DNA of 64,000 nt from Nitrospirota bacterium (GCA_963699545.1 CAVOUE010000006.1:352001-416000); one strand, 5' to 3'. Shown: positions 43,257-53,026, counted from the stretch's first letter. Notes: generated by a model not told the origin, from the letters alone. Numbers and translations: made by a program.

Positions 43257-44140
43257 TACTTTTCCTCCTTGGAAAAGATTGTATCAAGTTTTTGTTCAAA
43301 GGCATGGTAATCAAGATAATCGTAAAGTTCTGCCCGGGTCTGCATGAGATCAACCACATTCTTCTGGGTCCCTTCCTTGCGGATCGCGCCGTATACCGAG
43401 AGCGCGGCCTTGCTCATGGCACGGAATGCCGAGAGGGGATAGAGTACAAGGGAGACATCCGCCTTGCGCAGTTCTTCCACCGTATACAGTGGAGTTGAGC
43501 CGAACTCGGTGATATTGGCCAGGATCGGCACTTTCACCGCGCGGGCGAATTTCTTGTACATGGAGAGTTCTGTTATGGCCTCGGGAAAGATCATGTCGGC
43601 CCCGGCTTCAACACAGGCACCGGCCCGGTCGATGGCGGCCTGAAGACCTTCCACGGCAAGGGCATCGGTCCTTGCCATGATGACAAAGTCGGGGTCGGTC
43701 TTTGCGTCGACCGCCGCCTTGATGCGGTCCACCATCTCGTCCTTGCTCACGATGGCCTTTCCCGGACGGTGGCCGCAGCGTTTTGCCTGGACCTGGTCCT
43801 CGATATGCACCGCTGCCGCGCCGAACTTTATCATGGACCTGATAGTACGCGCGATGTTGAAGGCGCCGCCCCATCCGGTGTCGATGTCCACCAGCACCGG
43901 CAGATCGGTGATGTCGGTGATGCGCCGGACATCGGTGAGCACATCGTCCATGGTGCTGATCCCGAGGTCAGGGACACCGAGGGAACTCGCGGCAACACCG
44001 CCGCCGGAAACGTAGAGGGCCTTGAACCCCACGCGTTCGGCAAGACGTGCCGCGTAGGCGTTGATCGCTCCCACTACCTGCAAGGGCTTTTCCTCCCGCA
44101 CCGCAGTCCTGAAACGTGTCCCAGGTGATAACCGATTCAT
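43256..44140 (-). CDS. prpB: 2-methylisocitrate lyase
   Basis: [30 protein letters not shown]. Confidence 0.95.
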   Translation of the reverse strand: MNRLSPGTRFRTAVREEKPLQVVGAINAYAARLAERVGFKALYVSGGGVAASSLGVPDLGISTMDDVLTDVRRITDITDLPVLVDIDTGWGGAFNIARTIRSMIKFGAAAVHIEDQVQAKRCGHRPGKAIVSKDEMVDRIKAAVDAKTDPDFVIMARTDALAVEGLQAAIDRAGACVEAGADMIFPEAITELSMYKKFARAVKVPILANITEFGSTPLYTVEELRKADVSLVLYPLSAFRAMSKAALSVYGAIRKEGTQKNVVDLMQTRAELYDYLDYHAFEQKLDTIFSKEEK

Positions 44141-44629
44141 GATTGAGTCCTCCTATGGAACATAAAAGTCACACCTCATCCTTTGTACGCTTATACTGCC
44201 CGCCGATATTTTTCGCGGCTTCGGTTGTCCATTCCCGACGATGCCTTCGCTGTTTCAGTTGATAAGGCTGACCGTGCGCATCACAAAGCCCGAAGTGAAG
44301 GCAAAACTAATTCATTATACACTATGCAATGGGTGTTCAACCGACATGGTTATCACAAAATATGCCAGGTTCTCGATGGGGGGAAGGATGATCGACAAAT
44401 TAAGATAGAAGAAGAGGCAAAGACTTGTAAAATAACGTAAACCATCATATTTCTGATTTGAGTTTCTGAGTTGGCAGTGACTCGGGCGGAGGAAGAATTT
44501 CGTGCAATGCATTGCATCAATGGGCAATTTATTGCATGCATCCTCCTGCCAGAGAGGAGGGGGAATCTATTCACTTTACGGCCATCGAAAGAATGCAGGG
44601 CAAGGCGATACGCTCATTAAGGATTAAGT

Positions 44630-44705
44630 TGGCTCCTGGGGAGGGATTCGAACCCCCGACCAAGTGGTTAACAGCCACCCGCTCTGCCAGCTGAGCTACC
44701 CAGGA
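44630..44705 (-). tRNA. tRNA-Asn (GTT)
   Basis: 76 nt TCCTGGG TAGCTCAG...CTGTTAA...GGTTCGAATCC...CCAGGAGCCA with encoded CCA. Confidence 0.97.
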
Positions 44706-44747
44706 ACGAAAGATATTATATATCAAAAGAAAGTTTCAGGGCAATAT

Positions 44748-46442
44748 TTACTTCTTCTGTGATCTTTCGATCTTTGCCCAGGTATCTTTTAACGTCACTG
44801 TCCTGTTGAATACAAGCTTTTTGTCCGAAGAGTCGGGGTCGACGCAGAAATAGCCCTGTCTCTCAAACTGGAACCGGCCTCCCGGCGCCACGCCTGCAAG
44901 ACCGGGTTCAACAAAGCACGATGTCAGTTTCTCGACGGATCCGGGATTCAGATGGGCCTTGAAATCCTCGCCTTCTTCCACATCACCGGGGTCTGCCTTT
45001 GCGAAGAGATGGTCATACAGCCGCACCTCTGCTTCGACCGCGTGTGACGCGGAAACCCAGTGCAGTGTTGCCTTGACCTTGCGTCCGTCAGGGGAGTCGC
45101 CGCCCCGCGTTGCAGGATCATACACGCAGTGAAGCTCCACCGGCTCCCCGGTCCATGCGTCCTTCACCACGCCCACGCATTTGATGAAATAGGCATATCG
45201 CAGCCTCACCTCGCGGTCCGGCGCAAGACGGAAGAATTCCTTGGGAGGCTTCTCGCGAAAATCATCCTGTTCTATATAAAGCACTCTGGAAAAGGGGACC
45301 TTCCGTGTTCCCATGGCGGGGTCTTCCGGATTATTTACGGCATCCAGCTCCTCCACCTTTCCCTCAGGATAGTTATCGATCACTACTTTGAGAGGCCGCA
45401 GCACCGCCATAGCGCGCTGCGCACGCTTGTTCAGATCTTCACGGATACAGTGTTCGAGCAGGGCGATATCCACCGTGCTGTCCCTCTTCGCCACACCGAT
45501 ACGTTCGCAGAAGTTCCGTATGGATTCCGGAGTGTACCCCCGTCTCTTCAATCCCGATATGGTGGGCATGCGTGGGTCGTCCCATCCTGCCACATGTCCC
45601 TCCTGCACCAGTTGTATAAGCTTCCGCTTGCTCAATACGGTATGGCTGAGGTTGAGGCGGGCGAATTCGATCTGCTGCGGACGATAGACCTTCGCCTCCT
45701 CAAGGAACCAGTCATACAGAGGGCGGTGGTCCTCAAACTCCAGGGTGCAGATGGAATGGGTGATCCCCTCGATTGAATCCGAGAAACAGTGGGCAAAGTC
45801 ATACATGGGATAGATGCACCATTTTTCGCCTGTCCTGTGATGGGATGCATGAAGGATACGGTAGATGACCGGGTCCCGCATATTGATATTGCCTGACGAC
45901 ATGTCGATCCTCGTCCTGAGGGTACGGGAGCCGTCAGGGAATTCCCCTGCCCTCATACGGGCAAACAGATCGAGGTTATCTTCCACGGACCGGCTCCGGT
46001 AGGGACTTTCTCTGCCCGGCTCGGTCAACGTGCCCCGGTATTCCCTCATTTCGTCGGCGCTCAGATCGCAGACGTATGCCTTGCCCGTCCTGATCAGCTT
46101 CACCGCATACCCGTAAAGCTGTTCAAAGTAGTCCGATGCATAGAAGAGCCGGTCATCCCAGTCAAACCCGACCCAGCGTACGTCCGCCTTTATGGATTCC
46201 ACATATTCGACTTCCTCCTTGGTGGGATTGGTGTCGTCCATGCGCAGGTTGCAAAGCCCCCTGAATTCTGCTGCGATCCCGAAATTCAGGCAGATGGACT
46301 TGGCATGTCCTATGTGGAGATATCCGTTCGGTTCAGGAGGGAAGCGGGTATGTACGCGGCCGTCGTACTTGTTGGTCTCCAGATCGGCAGCAACGATCTC
46401 ACGGATAAAGTCGTAGGGTTTTTCAGCACCGTTCGCAGTCAT
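44748..46442 (-). CDS. glnS: Glutamine--tRNA ligase
   Basis: [41 protein letters not shown]. Confidence 0.95.
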   Translation of the reverse strand: MTANGAEKPYDFIREIVAADLETNKYDGRVHTRFPPEPNGYLHIGHAKSICLNFGIAAEFRGLCNLRMDDTNPTKEEVEYVESIKADVRWVGFDWDDRLFYASDYFEQLYGYAVKLIRTGKAYVCDLSADEMREYRGTLTEPGRESPYRSRSVEDNLDLFARMRAGEFPDGSRTLRTRIDMSSGNINMRDPVIYRILHASHHRTGEKWCIYPMYDFAHCFSDSIEGITHSICTLEFEDHRPLYDWFLEEAKVYRPQQIEFARLNLSHTVLSKRKLIQLVQEGHVAGWDDPRMPTISGLKRRGYTPESIRNFCERIGVAKRDSTVDIALLEHCIREDLNKRAQRAMAVLRPLKVVIDNYPEGKVEELDAVNNPEDPAMGTRKVPFSRVLYIEQDDFREKPPKEFFRLAPDREVRLRYAYFIKCVGVVKDAWTGEPVELHCVYDPATRGGDSPDGRKVKATLHWVSASHAVEAEVRLYDHLFAKADPGDVEEGEDFKAHLNPGSVEKLTSCFVEPGLAGVAPGGRFQFERQGYFCVDPDSSDKKLVFNRTVTLKDTWAKIERSQKK

Positions 46443-46444
46443 GG

Positions 46445-47869
46445 TCACCCCTCCTTCCTCTCAGCGCCTTCAATGGTCTTTATGGCCTTCTCCAGCCTCT
46501 TCAGTGTCTTTTCTTTTCCGACGATCCCGAGCACTTCAAATATGCCGGGGCTTTCGGTCCCCCCGGTGATCGCAACGCGGACCGGTTGAGCAAGGTTGCC
46601 GAGCTTTATGCCGTGCCTCTCCACGAGCGCCTTGAATACCTTTTCCAGTTCCGGGGCAGAAAAATCCTCAAGGTGAACAAGGTCCTGCTTCAACTCCGTC
46701 AAATAGGGCAGGCTCTTCTCATTGAGGAATTTTGTTCGTGCCTTTTCGTCGTAGTCTACGTCTTCAGCAATATAATAGCGCAGGGAGACCGCAAGTTCCA
46801 CCAGCGTCTTTGCCCGCTCTCTCAACGTCATGATCGCTTTTGAGAGCCACTGTGTGTCCAGCGCCTGGCCTTCATGTATGATCTTTTCCCTTTCCAGAAA
46901 AGGGATGACGAGTTCAGCCAGTCTCAGGGGATCTGAGTTCATGATGTACTGGCTATTGAGCCAGAGGAGTTTCTCCGGGTTGAATACCGCAGAGGACTTC
47001 CCGACGGTCTCAAAGGAAAAGTATTGTATCAACTCTTCCCGTGTGAACACTTCCTGGTCTCCGTAGGACCACCCAAGGCGGACGAGGTAGTTCACAAGGG
47101 CATCGGGAAGATACCCCATCTCCTTATACGCCATGACCGAGGTCGCCCCGTGTCTCTTGCTCAGTCTCGCCTTGTCGGAGCCGAGGATCATGGGGAGGTG
47201 CGCAAACGCCGGTATCTCATACCCCAAAGCCTTATAGATATGGATCTGTTTCGGGGTGTTGTTCAGGTGGTCGTCGCCCCTGATGACATGGGTTATCTTC
47301 ATGTCCACATCATCCACCACCACAACGAAATTATACGTGGGGGCGCCGTCGGACCTCATAATGATCAGGTCATCGAGCTGGCTGTTCTCGAACACCACGC
47401 TTCCCTTGATCATGTCGTTCACCACGGTCTGCCCTTCCTGGGGCATTTTGAACCGTACCACCGGCTCTCTGCCTGCCACGGGTTGTTTCAGGTCCCGGCA
47501 TCTGCCGTCATATTTCGGCGTCTTTCCCCGGGCCAGGGCCTCCTGCCTCCGCTGCTCCAGCTCTTCAGCGGAACAATAGCAGCGATATGCTTTGCCTGCC
47601 TTTATCAGTCTTTCAATATACCCCCTGTATACATCGAACCTTTCGGTTTGCCTGAAGGGCCCCTCGTCCCAGTCGAGGTTGAGCCACTTCATCCCCTCGA
47701 TGATGGCCTCGATATATTCATCCGTGGAGCGACTCGTGTCGGTGTCCTCTATCCTCAGAATGAAGGTGCCCCCCTCATGCCGCGCAAAAAGCCAGTTGAA
47801 AAGGGCGGTCCTCGCCCCGCCTATGTGCAGATGGCCCGTGGGACTGGGTGCAAAACGAACACGTACCAT
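46445..47869 (-). CDS. gltX: Glutamate--tRNA ligase
   Basis: [26 protein letters not shown]. Confidence 0.97.
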   Translation of the reverse strand: MVRVRFAPSPTGHLHIGGARTALFNWLFARHEGGTFILRIEDTDTSRSTDEYIEAIIEGMKWLNLDWDEGPFRQTERFDVYRGYIERLIKAGKAYRCYCSAEELEQRRQEALARGKTPKYDGRCRDLKQPVAGREPVVRFKMPQEGQTVVNDMIKGSVVFENSQLDDLIIMRSDGAPTYNFVVVVDDVDMKITHVIRGDDHLNNTPKQIHIYKALGYEIPAFAHLPMILGSDKARLSKRHGATSVMAYKEMGYLPDALVNYLVRLGWSYGDQEVFTREELIQYFSFETVGKSSAVFNPEKLLWLNSQYIMNSDPLRLAELVIPFLEREKIIHEGQALDTQWLSKAIMTLRERAKTLVELAVSLRYYIAEDVDYDEKARTKFLNEKSLPYLTELKQDLVHLEDFSAPELEKVFKALVERHGIKLGNLAQPVRVAITGGTESPGIFEVLGIVGKEKTLKRLEKAIKTIEGAERKEG

Positions 47870-48089
47870 TACCTCTGTATCCTCCTCATTTGCGGATATT
47901 ATACCCTAAAAAATACATTAAGCAGGGATATGGATGACTGAAAAGTCTTTTGCAGCGACACCTTTTTAGATGACATAATGGAATTCTTGATGAGCATAGG
48001 ATTGTCCGTATAACTTCCAGAATTACATCATGTCATATGGTAAGATCAAGTCGAAATTAAAAGACTTTGAAGGCATTCGTGTCCCTGCT

Positions 48090-49481
48090 TCACAGCTTCC
48101 TCTTAAACTCCAGCTTCAGGAACCTCTTTGTCCCCTCAGTTACCTTGAACCTCTCATCTCCCCTGTAGCCGGCGATCCAGACGATGTTGCCACCCGATAC
48201 AATGATCGGTATCGCATCCCGTTCATCTCTCGGCACCTTCTCATCCACAAAAAAGTCCTGGAGTTTCTTTTTTTTCCCGAATCCCAGAGGATAAAAGACG
48301 TCGCCCTTTTCCCTTGGTCTGACCGTAAGGAGGGCTCCCGCTTTATCTGCATCGAAAACCGCTTTGGTCTTTCCGTCCCCGGAGCTGTCAACTCTTTCCT
48401 CTGCGGACGCTACGATCGTAGCCCTGATCTCCTTCAAAACAACCTCTCCCGGCACGGTGAGAGTCAAGGCCTTCAGCCTTTGAGGAGGCTCCGATGTCAT
48501 CACCAAAGTCGAATAGGTCTTTACGACCCTCAACCCCTTTGGCAGGGAGAGCCTGTCTCCGTGCCTTCCTTTTTTTATCAGGTCGATTATGCCTTCAATG
48601 TGAATGAATTCCATGCCCCGAAGGCCCTTTGTCTCATCAATGGCCCGTCTCAAAACCCTTCTGAGGATGACCTTTTCCATCGACTCCATTGGTGTGAGAA
48701 AGAGTTCAATGCGGAGTTCAGTCTTTCTTGAAATCAGTTTCATAAGGGTCATCGTGACGATGAGATCAAAATATTTTTCCTCCTCCCTCAGCACGTCCAT
48801 GGTCCTTGATACCGTCCGGACGATACCCGGATTCATCTTCCTGATCACAGGCATTACCAGCAGCCTGAGCTTGTTCCTGAGGTAATCTTCCTTCACGTTC
48901 GACGAATCGACCATGAAATTGATTTGCTCTTCATCAAGAAAGGCCTCTATTTGGCTTCGCTCAATTTCTATGAGAGGCCTGATAATTCTCGCTCTCACCG
49001 GAGGTATGCCGCCGAGGCCCACGGGTCCCGATCCCCTGAAAAATCTCATAAGGAACGTCTCGACCTGGTCATCCGCGGTATGTCCCATGGCCAGACGGCT
49101 GGCCTTCAGGTCCGCGAAAACCTCATCGAATGCCTTATAACGCAGTTCCCGCGCAGCCTCCTGCTTGTTCATGCCCTGTTCCTTCGCATACGCCTTCACG
49201 TCAATGGATCGAACGATAAGGGGCACGGACAATCCATCGCAGAGTTTTCTGCAGAACGCTATCTCGTCAGGGGTCTCCCCGGGCCGTAACCCGTGATCTA
49301 CATACACGGCATGGAGCTTCGAGTGAAATTCATCCTTCAGCTTATGAAGGACGGTGAGGAGGCAGACGGAATCCGGCCCTCCCGAGAGGCCTACCAGGAC
49401 CATATCTCCCCTGGAGAGCATCGAGTACTTCGCGATCGTTGTTCTTACCTTTTCGATGAATGTATGTTTTTCCTGGGTCAT
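48090..49481 (-). CDS. tilS: tRNA(Ile)-lysidine synthetase
   Basis: SGGPDS, HGLR, AARELRY, HTADDQ.ET, DSSN..YLRNKLR. Confidence 0.95.
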   Translation of the reverse strand: MTQEKHTFIEKVRTTIAKYSMLSRGDMVLVGLSGGPDSVCLLTVLHKLKDEFHSKLHAVYVDHGLRPGETPDEIAFCRKLCDGLSVPLIVRSIDVKAYAKEQGMNKQEAARELRYKAFDEVFADLKASRLAMGHTADDQVETFLMRFFRGSGPVGLGGIPPVRARIIRPLIEIERSQIEAFLDEEQINFMVDSSNVKEDYLRNKLRLLVMPVIRKMNPGIVRTVSRTMDVLREEEKYFDLIVTMTLMKLISRKTELRIELFLTPMESMEKVILRRVLRRAIDETKGLRGMEFIHIEGIIDLIKKGRHGDRLSLPKGLRVVKTYSTLVMTSEPPQRLKALTLTVPGEVVLKEIRATIVASAEERVDSSGDGKTKAVFDADKAGALLTVRPREKGDVFYPLGFGKKKKLQDFFVDEKVPRDERDAIPIIVSGGNIVWIAGYRGDERFKVTEGTKRFLKLEFKRKL

Positions 49482-49608
49482 AAGGGTCAGAAGAAAATAA
49501 TATGCATCATAATTAATTCATAAATTATATCGCACGCGACATAATTTATGATAAGAAATTAATCTCTTTATCTTTCAATTGGTTAAATGAGGGCCAACTG
49601 CGATATTC

Positions 49609-49637
49609 TTGACACATCCTTCGAATTCCCCTAAAAT
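49609..49637 (+). promoter_or_regulatory. Strong sigma70 promoter heading the cassette array
   Basis: TTGACA-17 bp-TAAAAT. Confidence 0.7.
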
Positions 49638-49716
49638 CATCACAAAAAGACGTATGCGGCTCAAAAAAGAATGTTGCACGTAAATAAAATTAACTGCATA
49701 TAAAGACAAATAGAAA

Positions 49717-50226
49717 ATGAAGCCAATAAAGATGACCAAGGCAATGCTGCCAAATCTTCCTAATGAAGTTTTCGACATGTTTATCACACAAATAAATGAC
49801 ACCGACTCAAGCCCCTTTGATTCCATGCTCGGTGGCAGATGGTTTTACTATTTTGGAGAACTTACTATTGAGGCGTTCAATCAACTCCGGTGGATAAGAA
49901 CCACGCTTTCCTTCAAGGAGGCAATCTTTCATCCAACTTCGGGTAGCGACATCGATAGACTTGTCCATTATTGCAAACTTGAGGGCAAGCCGATAGCCAG
50001 GGCACTTTATCCAGGGTATCCCCCGGATTCCCCAGCCCGTCTCGCTGGGATCAAAGAAGTTATTATGAATACAGGACGGCTCCCTGCACCCATTGTAGCC
50101 ATAAGGACAGACAACGGCATCAGGGTTCTTGACGGTTGCCACAGGCTTGCCGCTGCTGTGTCTTGTCCGAACCCAGAAGATATACCTCTTGATGTATGGA
50201 TAGGCGAAAGACCAGAAAATAAATGA
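49717..50226 (+). CDS. Cassette-borne protein with ParB/Srx-like C-terminal motif
   Basis: LPAPIVA...VLDGCHRLAAA; stop codon followed 7 bp later by an attC. Confidence 0.65.
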   Translation: MKPIKMTKAMLPNLPNEVFDMFITQINDTDSSPFDSMLGGRWFYYFGELTIEAFNQLRWIRTTLSFKEAIFHPTSGSDIDRLVHYCKLEGKPIARALYPGYPPDSPARLAGIKEVIMNTGRLPAPIVAIRTDNGIRVLDGCHRLAAAVSCPNPEDIPLDVWIGERPENK

Positions 50227-50232
50227 AAGACC

Positions 50233-50320
50233 GTGCAACAAGAGGCTCGACCCGACTGTCGATAGCCCTGTGGCTTTCAGGTTACGCTTATTCTTCAGCG
50301 GGTCAGCCTTGGCGTTGTGG
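50233..50320 (+). other. Integron attC recombination site (complete)
   Basis: R'' GTGCAAC-5 bp-L'' GCT(C)GACC-CGAC...GCG-L' GGTCAGC-6 bp-R' GTTGTGG; L'' minus the extrahelical C is the exact complement of L'. Confidence 0.85.
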
Positions 50321-50383
50321 CGACAATATATTTAAATAACCTCCGGCAATACGTTATAATTTGGTCATAGCGGAGGTAAAAAT

Positions 50384-50587
50384 ATGAAGACAGAATTTAC
50401 TGCAATAATGAAACAGGCTGGAGAATGGTGGATCGAAGAAATTCCAGGCGTAAACTGTCAGGAACGTACACGTGAAGACTTAATTGAAACCCTTCGTCTT
50501 ACGCTTAAGGAAGCACTCGAATTTAACCGTCAAGACGCTATCGCCGCCGTAGGCTCAGGATACACAGAAGAAACAATCGCAGTATGA
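50384..50587 (+). CDS. HicB-family antitoxin (short form)
   Basis: GGAGG RBS; WWIEEIPGVNCQERTREDL; overlaps a hicA start. Confidence 0.75.
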   Translation: MKTEFTAIMKQAGEWWIEEIPGVNCQERTREDLIETLRLTLKEALEFNRQDAIAAVGSGYTEETIAV

Positions 50588-50676
50588 AACGCAGTGACCT
50601 GCTGAAATATCTGCGGTCACAAGGCTGTGAATTTATCAGAGAAGGTAGCCGTCACTCTTGGATGCTTTTTTGGTAA
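50584..50676 (+). pseudogene. Truncated HicA toxin
   Basis: MKRSDLLKYLRSQGCEFIREGSRHSW then stop after 30 aa; C-terminal half missing. Confidence 0.75.
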
Positions 50677-50690
50677 GCTGCCGGTTCCCC

Positions 50691-50713
50691 GCCGCTGAGT
50701 TCTCTCGTTAATA
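50691..50713 (+). other. 3' half of an attC site
   Basis: GCC-L' GCTGAGT-6 bp TCTCTC-R' GTTAATA; no matching R''/L'' upstream. Confidence 0.6.
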
Positions 50714-50766
50714 CCTACCCATACTTTTATATTGCTATCATTACATAGCTTTGGTATATTATAGCT

Positions 50767-51054
50767 ATGAAGAAGACACGCTTCGAATGGGACGATGAGA
50801 AAGATAAAGAAAATCAAATTAAACATACTGTTTCGTTTGCATTGGCTCAACGTGCTTTTCTCGATCCTCATCGTGTCATAGCGGAAGACGTCAGCCATAG
50901 CAGCGATGAAAAGAGATTTTACTGTATCGGTCGTGTCAGCGAAGGCATTATGACCGTCAGGTTTACTTATAGAGGAAATATCATCCGCATCTATGGTGCC
51001 GGATATTGGAGAAAAGGGAGGAAACTATATGAAGAGCAAAACAAAATATACTGA
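50767..51054 (+). CDS. BrnT-family toxin (cassette)
   Basis: FEWDDEKDKENQIKH.VSF, EKRFYCIG, TVRFTYR...IRIYGA. Confidence 0.88.
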   Translation: MKKTRFEWDDEKDKENQIKHTVSFALAQRAFLDPHRVIAEDVSHSSDEKRFYCIGRVSEGIMTVRFTYRGNIIRIYGAGYWRKGRKLYEEQNKIY

Positions 51055-51268
51055 TGAGCCGATGGGCAAGCTGAAAGTAATTAAAGACTTTCTTCCACCT
51101 CCGGAACAACTCGTCATGAAAGAAGAAAATGTAAAGGTGACCATTGCATTGAACAAATCAAGCATCGAGTTTTTCAAAAGAGAGGCGCAGCGTTACCATA
51201 CCTCGTATCAAAAAATGATTCGGCGGCTGATAGATTTATATGCCTCACACCATAAAAAGAGCGCTTAA
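51029..51268 (+). CDS. CopG/BrnA-like antitoxin (cassette)
   Basis: DFLPPPEQL...KVTIAL...FFK...YQKMIR; TAA overlaps the attC R'' box. Confidence 0.82.
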   Translation: MKSKTKYTDEPMGKLKVIKDFLPPPEQLVMKEENVKVTIALNKSSIEFFKREAQRYHTSYQKMIRRLIDLYASHHKKSA

Positions 51269-51293
51269 CACTTATAAGGCCCCCCGCTGTCAA

Positions 51294-51800
51294 GAGAAAA
51301 AGCGTTCCTAATCGGAAATCAGAATAAAGACATTTCCTTAATGTTCTTCAGATTGCCGGTGAGTTCCGACTTGGTTTCCGAAAGCGGCGTCAGATCAATA
51401 TCTGCACCAAACACTTATCGAGGCTCGATAGCCGGTCAGCACGGAACAATGTATCAATTCCGTACTGCCGACGACAGTGGAGAGACCAATCGGTCTTGTT
51501 CTCCACGGCCTGGAAACAATTCAGAACCCTTATACCGTCCTCATCAAAGGTCTGGTTCATCCCGACTAATCGGGATCCTCCAGTTAGTATCAGGCTCGGG
51601 TAAGGGGCAGAACCTGTAACAATCTTTTATGTCTTATAGAGACCGGGCGTCCTAATCAAAAAAGATAGGCGCCGGGTATCGCATTCCATGATGCCCTATC
51701 CATGATCGAAGCCATATACAAAGGCATGTTCTAAAGAGCATCCGTCGGACTTAACCCTAATGGCGCCAGTTAGACGCAACAGGCTCACCCGGTCCCAGCC
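51294..51800 (-). ncRNA. Candidate bridge/seek RNA in the non-coding right end (boundaries unknown)
   Basis: ~0.5 kb without a credible ORF downstream of the recombinase; repeated GAGCCT..TGG and TTGAT..GACG scaffold units; segments matching target and donor sequences. Confidence 0.65.
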
Positions 51801-52844
51801 TTATTTCGCAAAGAAGACTTCTGGATGAAACACCTCTTTTCTTTTCAGGATATGATAGGCAGCCCTCGCAAGCTTATGTGCCAAAATGGTCAGGGACTTC
51901 GCCTTGCCGTGCTTCCTTGCCAGTTTGTCCCGATACTTTACCGCTTCGGGGTTTCTCCTGAGGAAAAGAACGGCTGCTTCTGAGAAGGCCCATTTAAGAT
52001 GTGCATTGCCGATCTTCTTGCCCGAGGTGCCGAGTTTCTTGCCTGCCGACTCCTTGGCGGATTTAACAAGTCTGCAGTATGAGACGAAATCCTGCACTCT
52101 GGGGAAGCGGTCGATATCGTGAATCTCATAGAGAATGACCAGGCCGAGGATTCTTCCTATACCGGGTATGGAGCGAAGACGGAAATAGGAATCGGCATCA
52201 TCGACCTTTGCGATAAGGGATATCTCATGTTCAACACGGTGAAGCAGTTGATCATAGTGGTCTATGAGGCCAAGATCCAGTTCGATGCTCTTTTGGACAC
52301 TCATGTCGGTGAACCGTTCGGCCAAGCCTTCGCGGTTGCCTTTCTTTCCGATATTCTTCCCTATCTCCGGAAGGTTGTATTGATGATTGGTGTTTTGCAC
52401 ATGGGCAAGGAGTTCGGCCCGCTTGCGGACAAGGTGCAACCTTCTTCTCAAGAGATCCCTCGTGGACCGCATTTCGGAAGGGTAGACATACGCCATAGGC
52501 ATCATGCCGCCCCTTAGCAGCACCGCTATCTTATGAGCGTCTACCTTGTCGTTTTTGGCTTTGCCTCCGTGGATGGCTTTCATGTACAGGGCATGGCCCA
52601 GGACAAACGGGATATTCTCCTTATTGCAGAGATCGGCGATCCAGTACCAGGTGAAGATGCATTCTACGGCCACGACAATGTCCTCACGATACGGCGCGAT
52701 AGTCTTAAGGAAGATGTCGGGATTTGTTTTGATGTCCCGGTGCAGAACGATTCTTCCCTCCTGATTGAGGATGCAAAGGTACATGGTCTTGGCATGCAGA
52801 TCGATTCCGCAAGAAAATTTGTGCTGCTTGGTGTAAAATCTCAT
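51801..52844 (-). CDS. IS110-family DEDD recombinase/transposase
   Basis: AGGAGG RBS; GIDLH, VAVE, KNDKVDA, SIPGIG, ESAGK, GNAHLKWAF; intact 347 aa. Confidence 0.95.
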   Translation of the reverse strand: MRFYTKQHKFSCGIDLHAKTMYLCILNQEGRIVLHRDIKTNPDIFLKTIAPYREDIVVAVECIFTWYWIADLCNKENIPFVLGHALYMKAIHGGKAKNDKVDAHKIAVLLRGGMMPMAYVYPSEMRSTRDLLRRRLHLVRKRAELLAHVQNTNHQYNLPEIGKNIGKKGNREGLAERFTDMSVQKSIELDLGLIDHYDQLLHRVEHEISLIAKVDDADSYFRLRSIPGIGRILGLVILYEIHDIDRFPRVQDFVSYCRLVKSAKESAGKKLGTSGKKIGNAHLKWAFSEAAVLFLRRNPEAVKYRDKLARKHGKAKSLTILAHKLARAAYHILKRKEVFHPEVFFAK

Positions 52845-53026
52845 TTGAGGCCTCCTATGGGAAAAGGTTTTGGGTCCCTGAATCATACCTGCTTCGGGTA
52901 TGGTTCAGGGGGGCCTTAATGAGTATCAATTAAATCCGCGGGACGGGCAATGGCCCGCCCGTGATTTAACGCGTTGGACGGAACTGGGAAAAGAAAGGAG
53001 AACAGAAGACCCAGTGCACGTGTTGG

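Larger units (their letters stand above)
51271..52928 (-). mobile_element. IS110-family (IS1111-like) insertion sequence
   Basis: Subterminal inverted repeats TAAGGCCCCCC (51275-51285) and GGGGGGCCTTA (52908-52918), 4 and 8 nt from a repeated CA core (51269-70, 52927-28); no longer target duplication. Confidence 0.9.
51263..52979 (+). other. attC site split by the IS110 element (51263-51270 joined to 52929-52979)
   Basis: Rejoined: GCTTAAC AATTA AAT(C)CGCG GGAC GGGC-AATG-GCCC GCC CGTGATT TAACGC GTTGGAC, canonical R''-L''-L'-R' spacing. Confidence 0.88.

Noticed and set aside
40447-43310. Long plus-strand ORFs (355 and 370 aa) opposite prpD/prpC, and similar ORFs opposite nifJ, carB and gltX
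   Set aside because: Antisense shadows of GC-rich genes with no motifs
49582-49588. GTTAAAT as an attI core
   Set aside because: A 7-bp match is expected by chance, is not complementary to the first R'', and has no adjacent intI
51341-51619. 92-aa ORF in the IS non-coding end
   Set aside because: No RBS or recognisable domain; antisense to the candidate RNA
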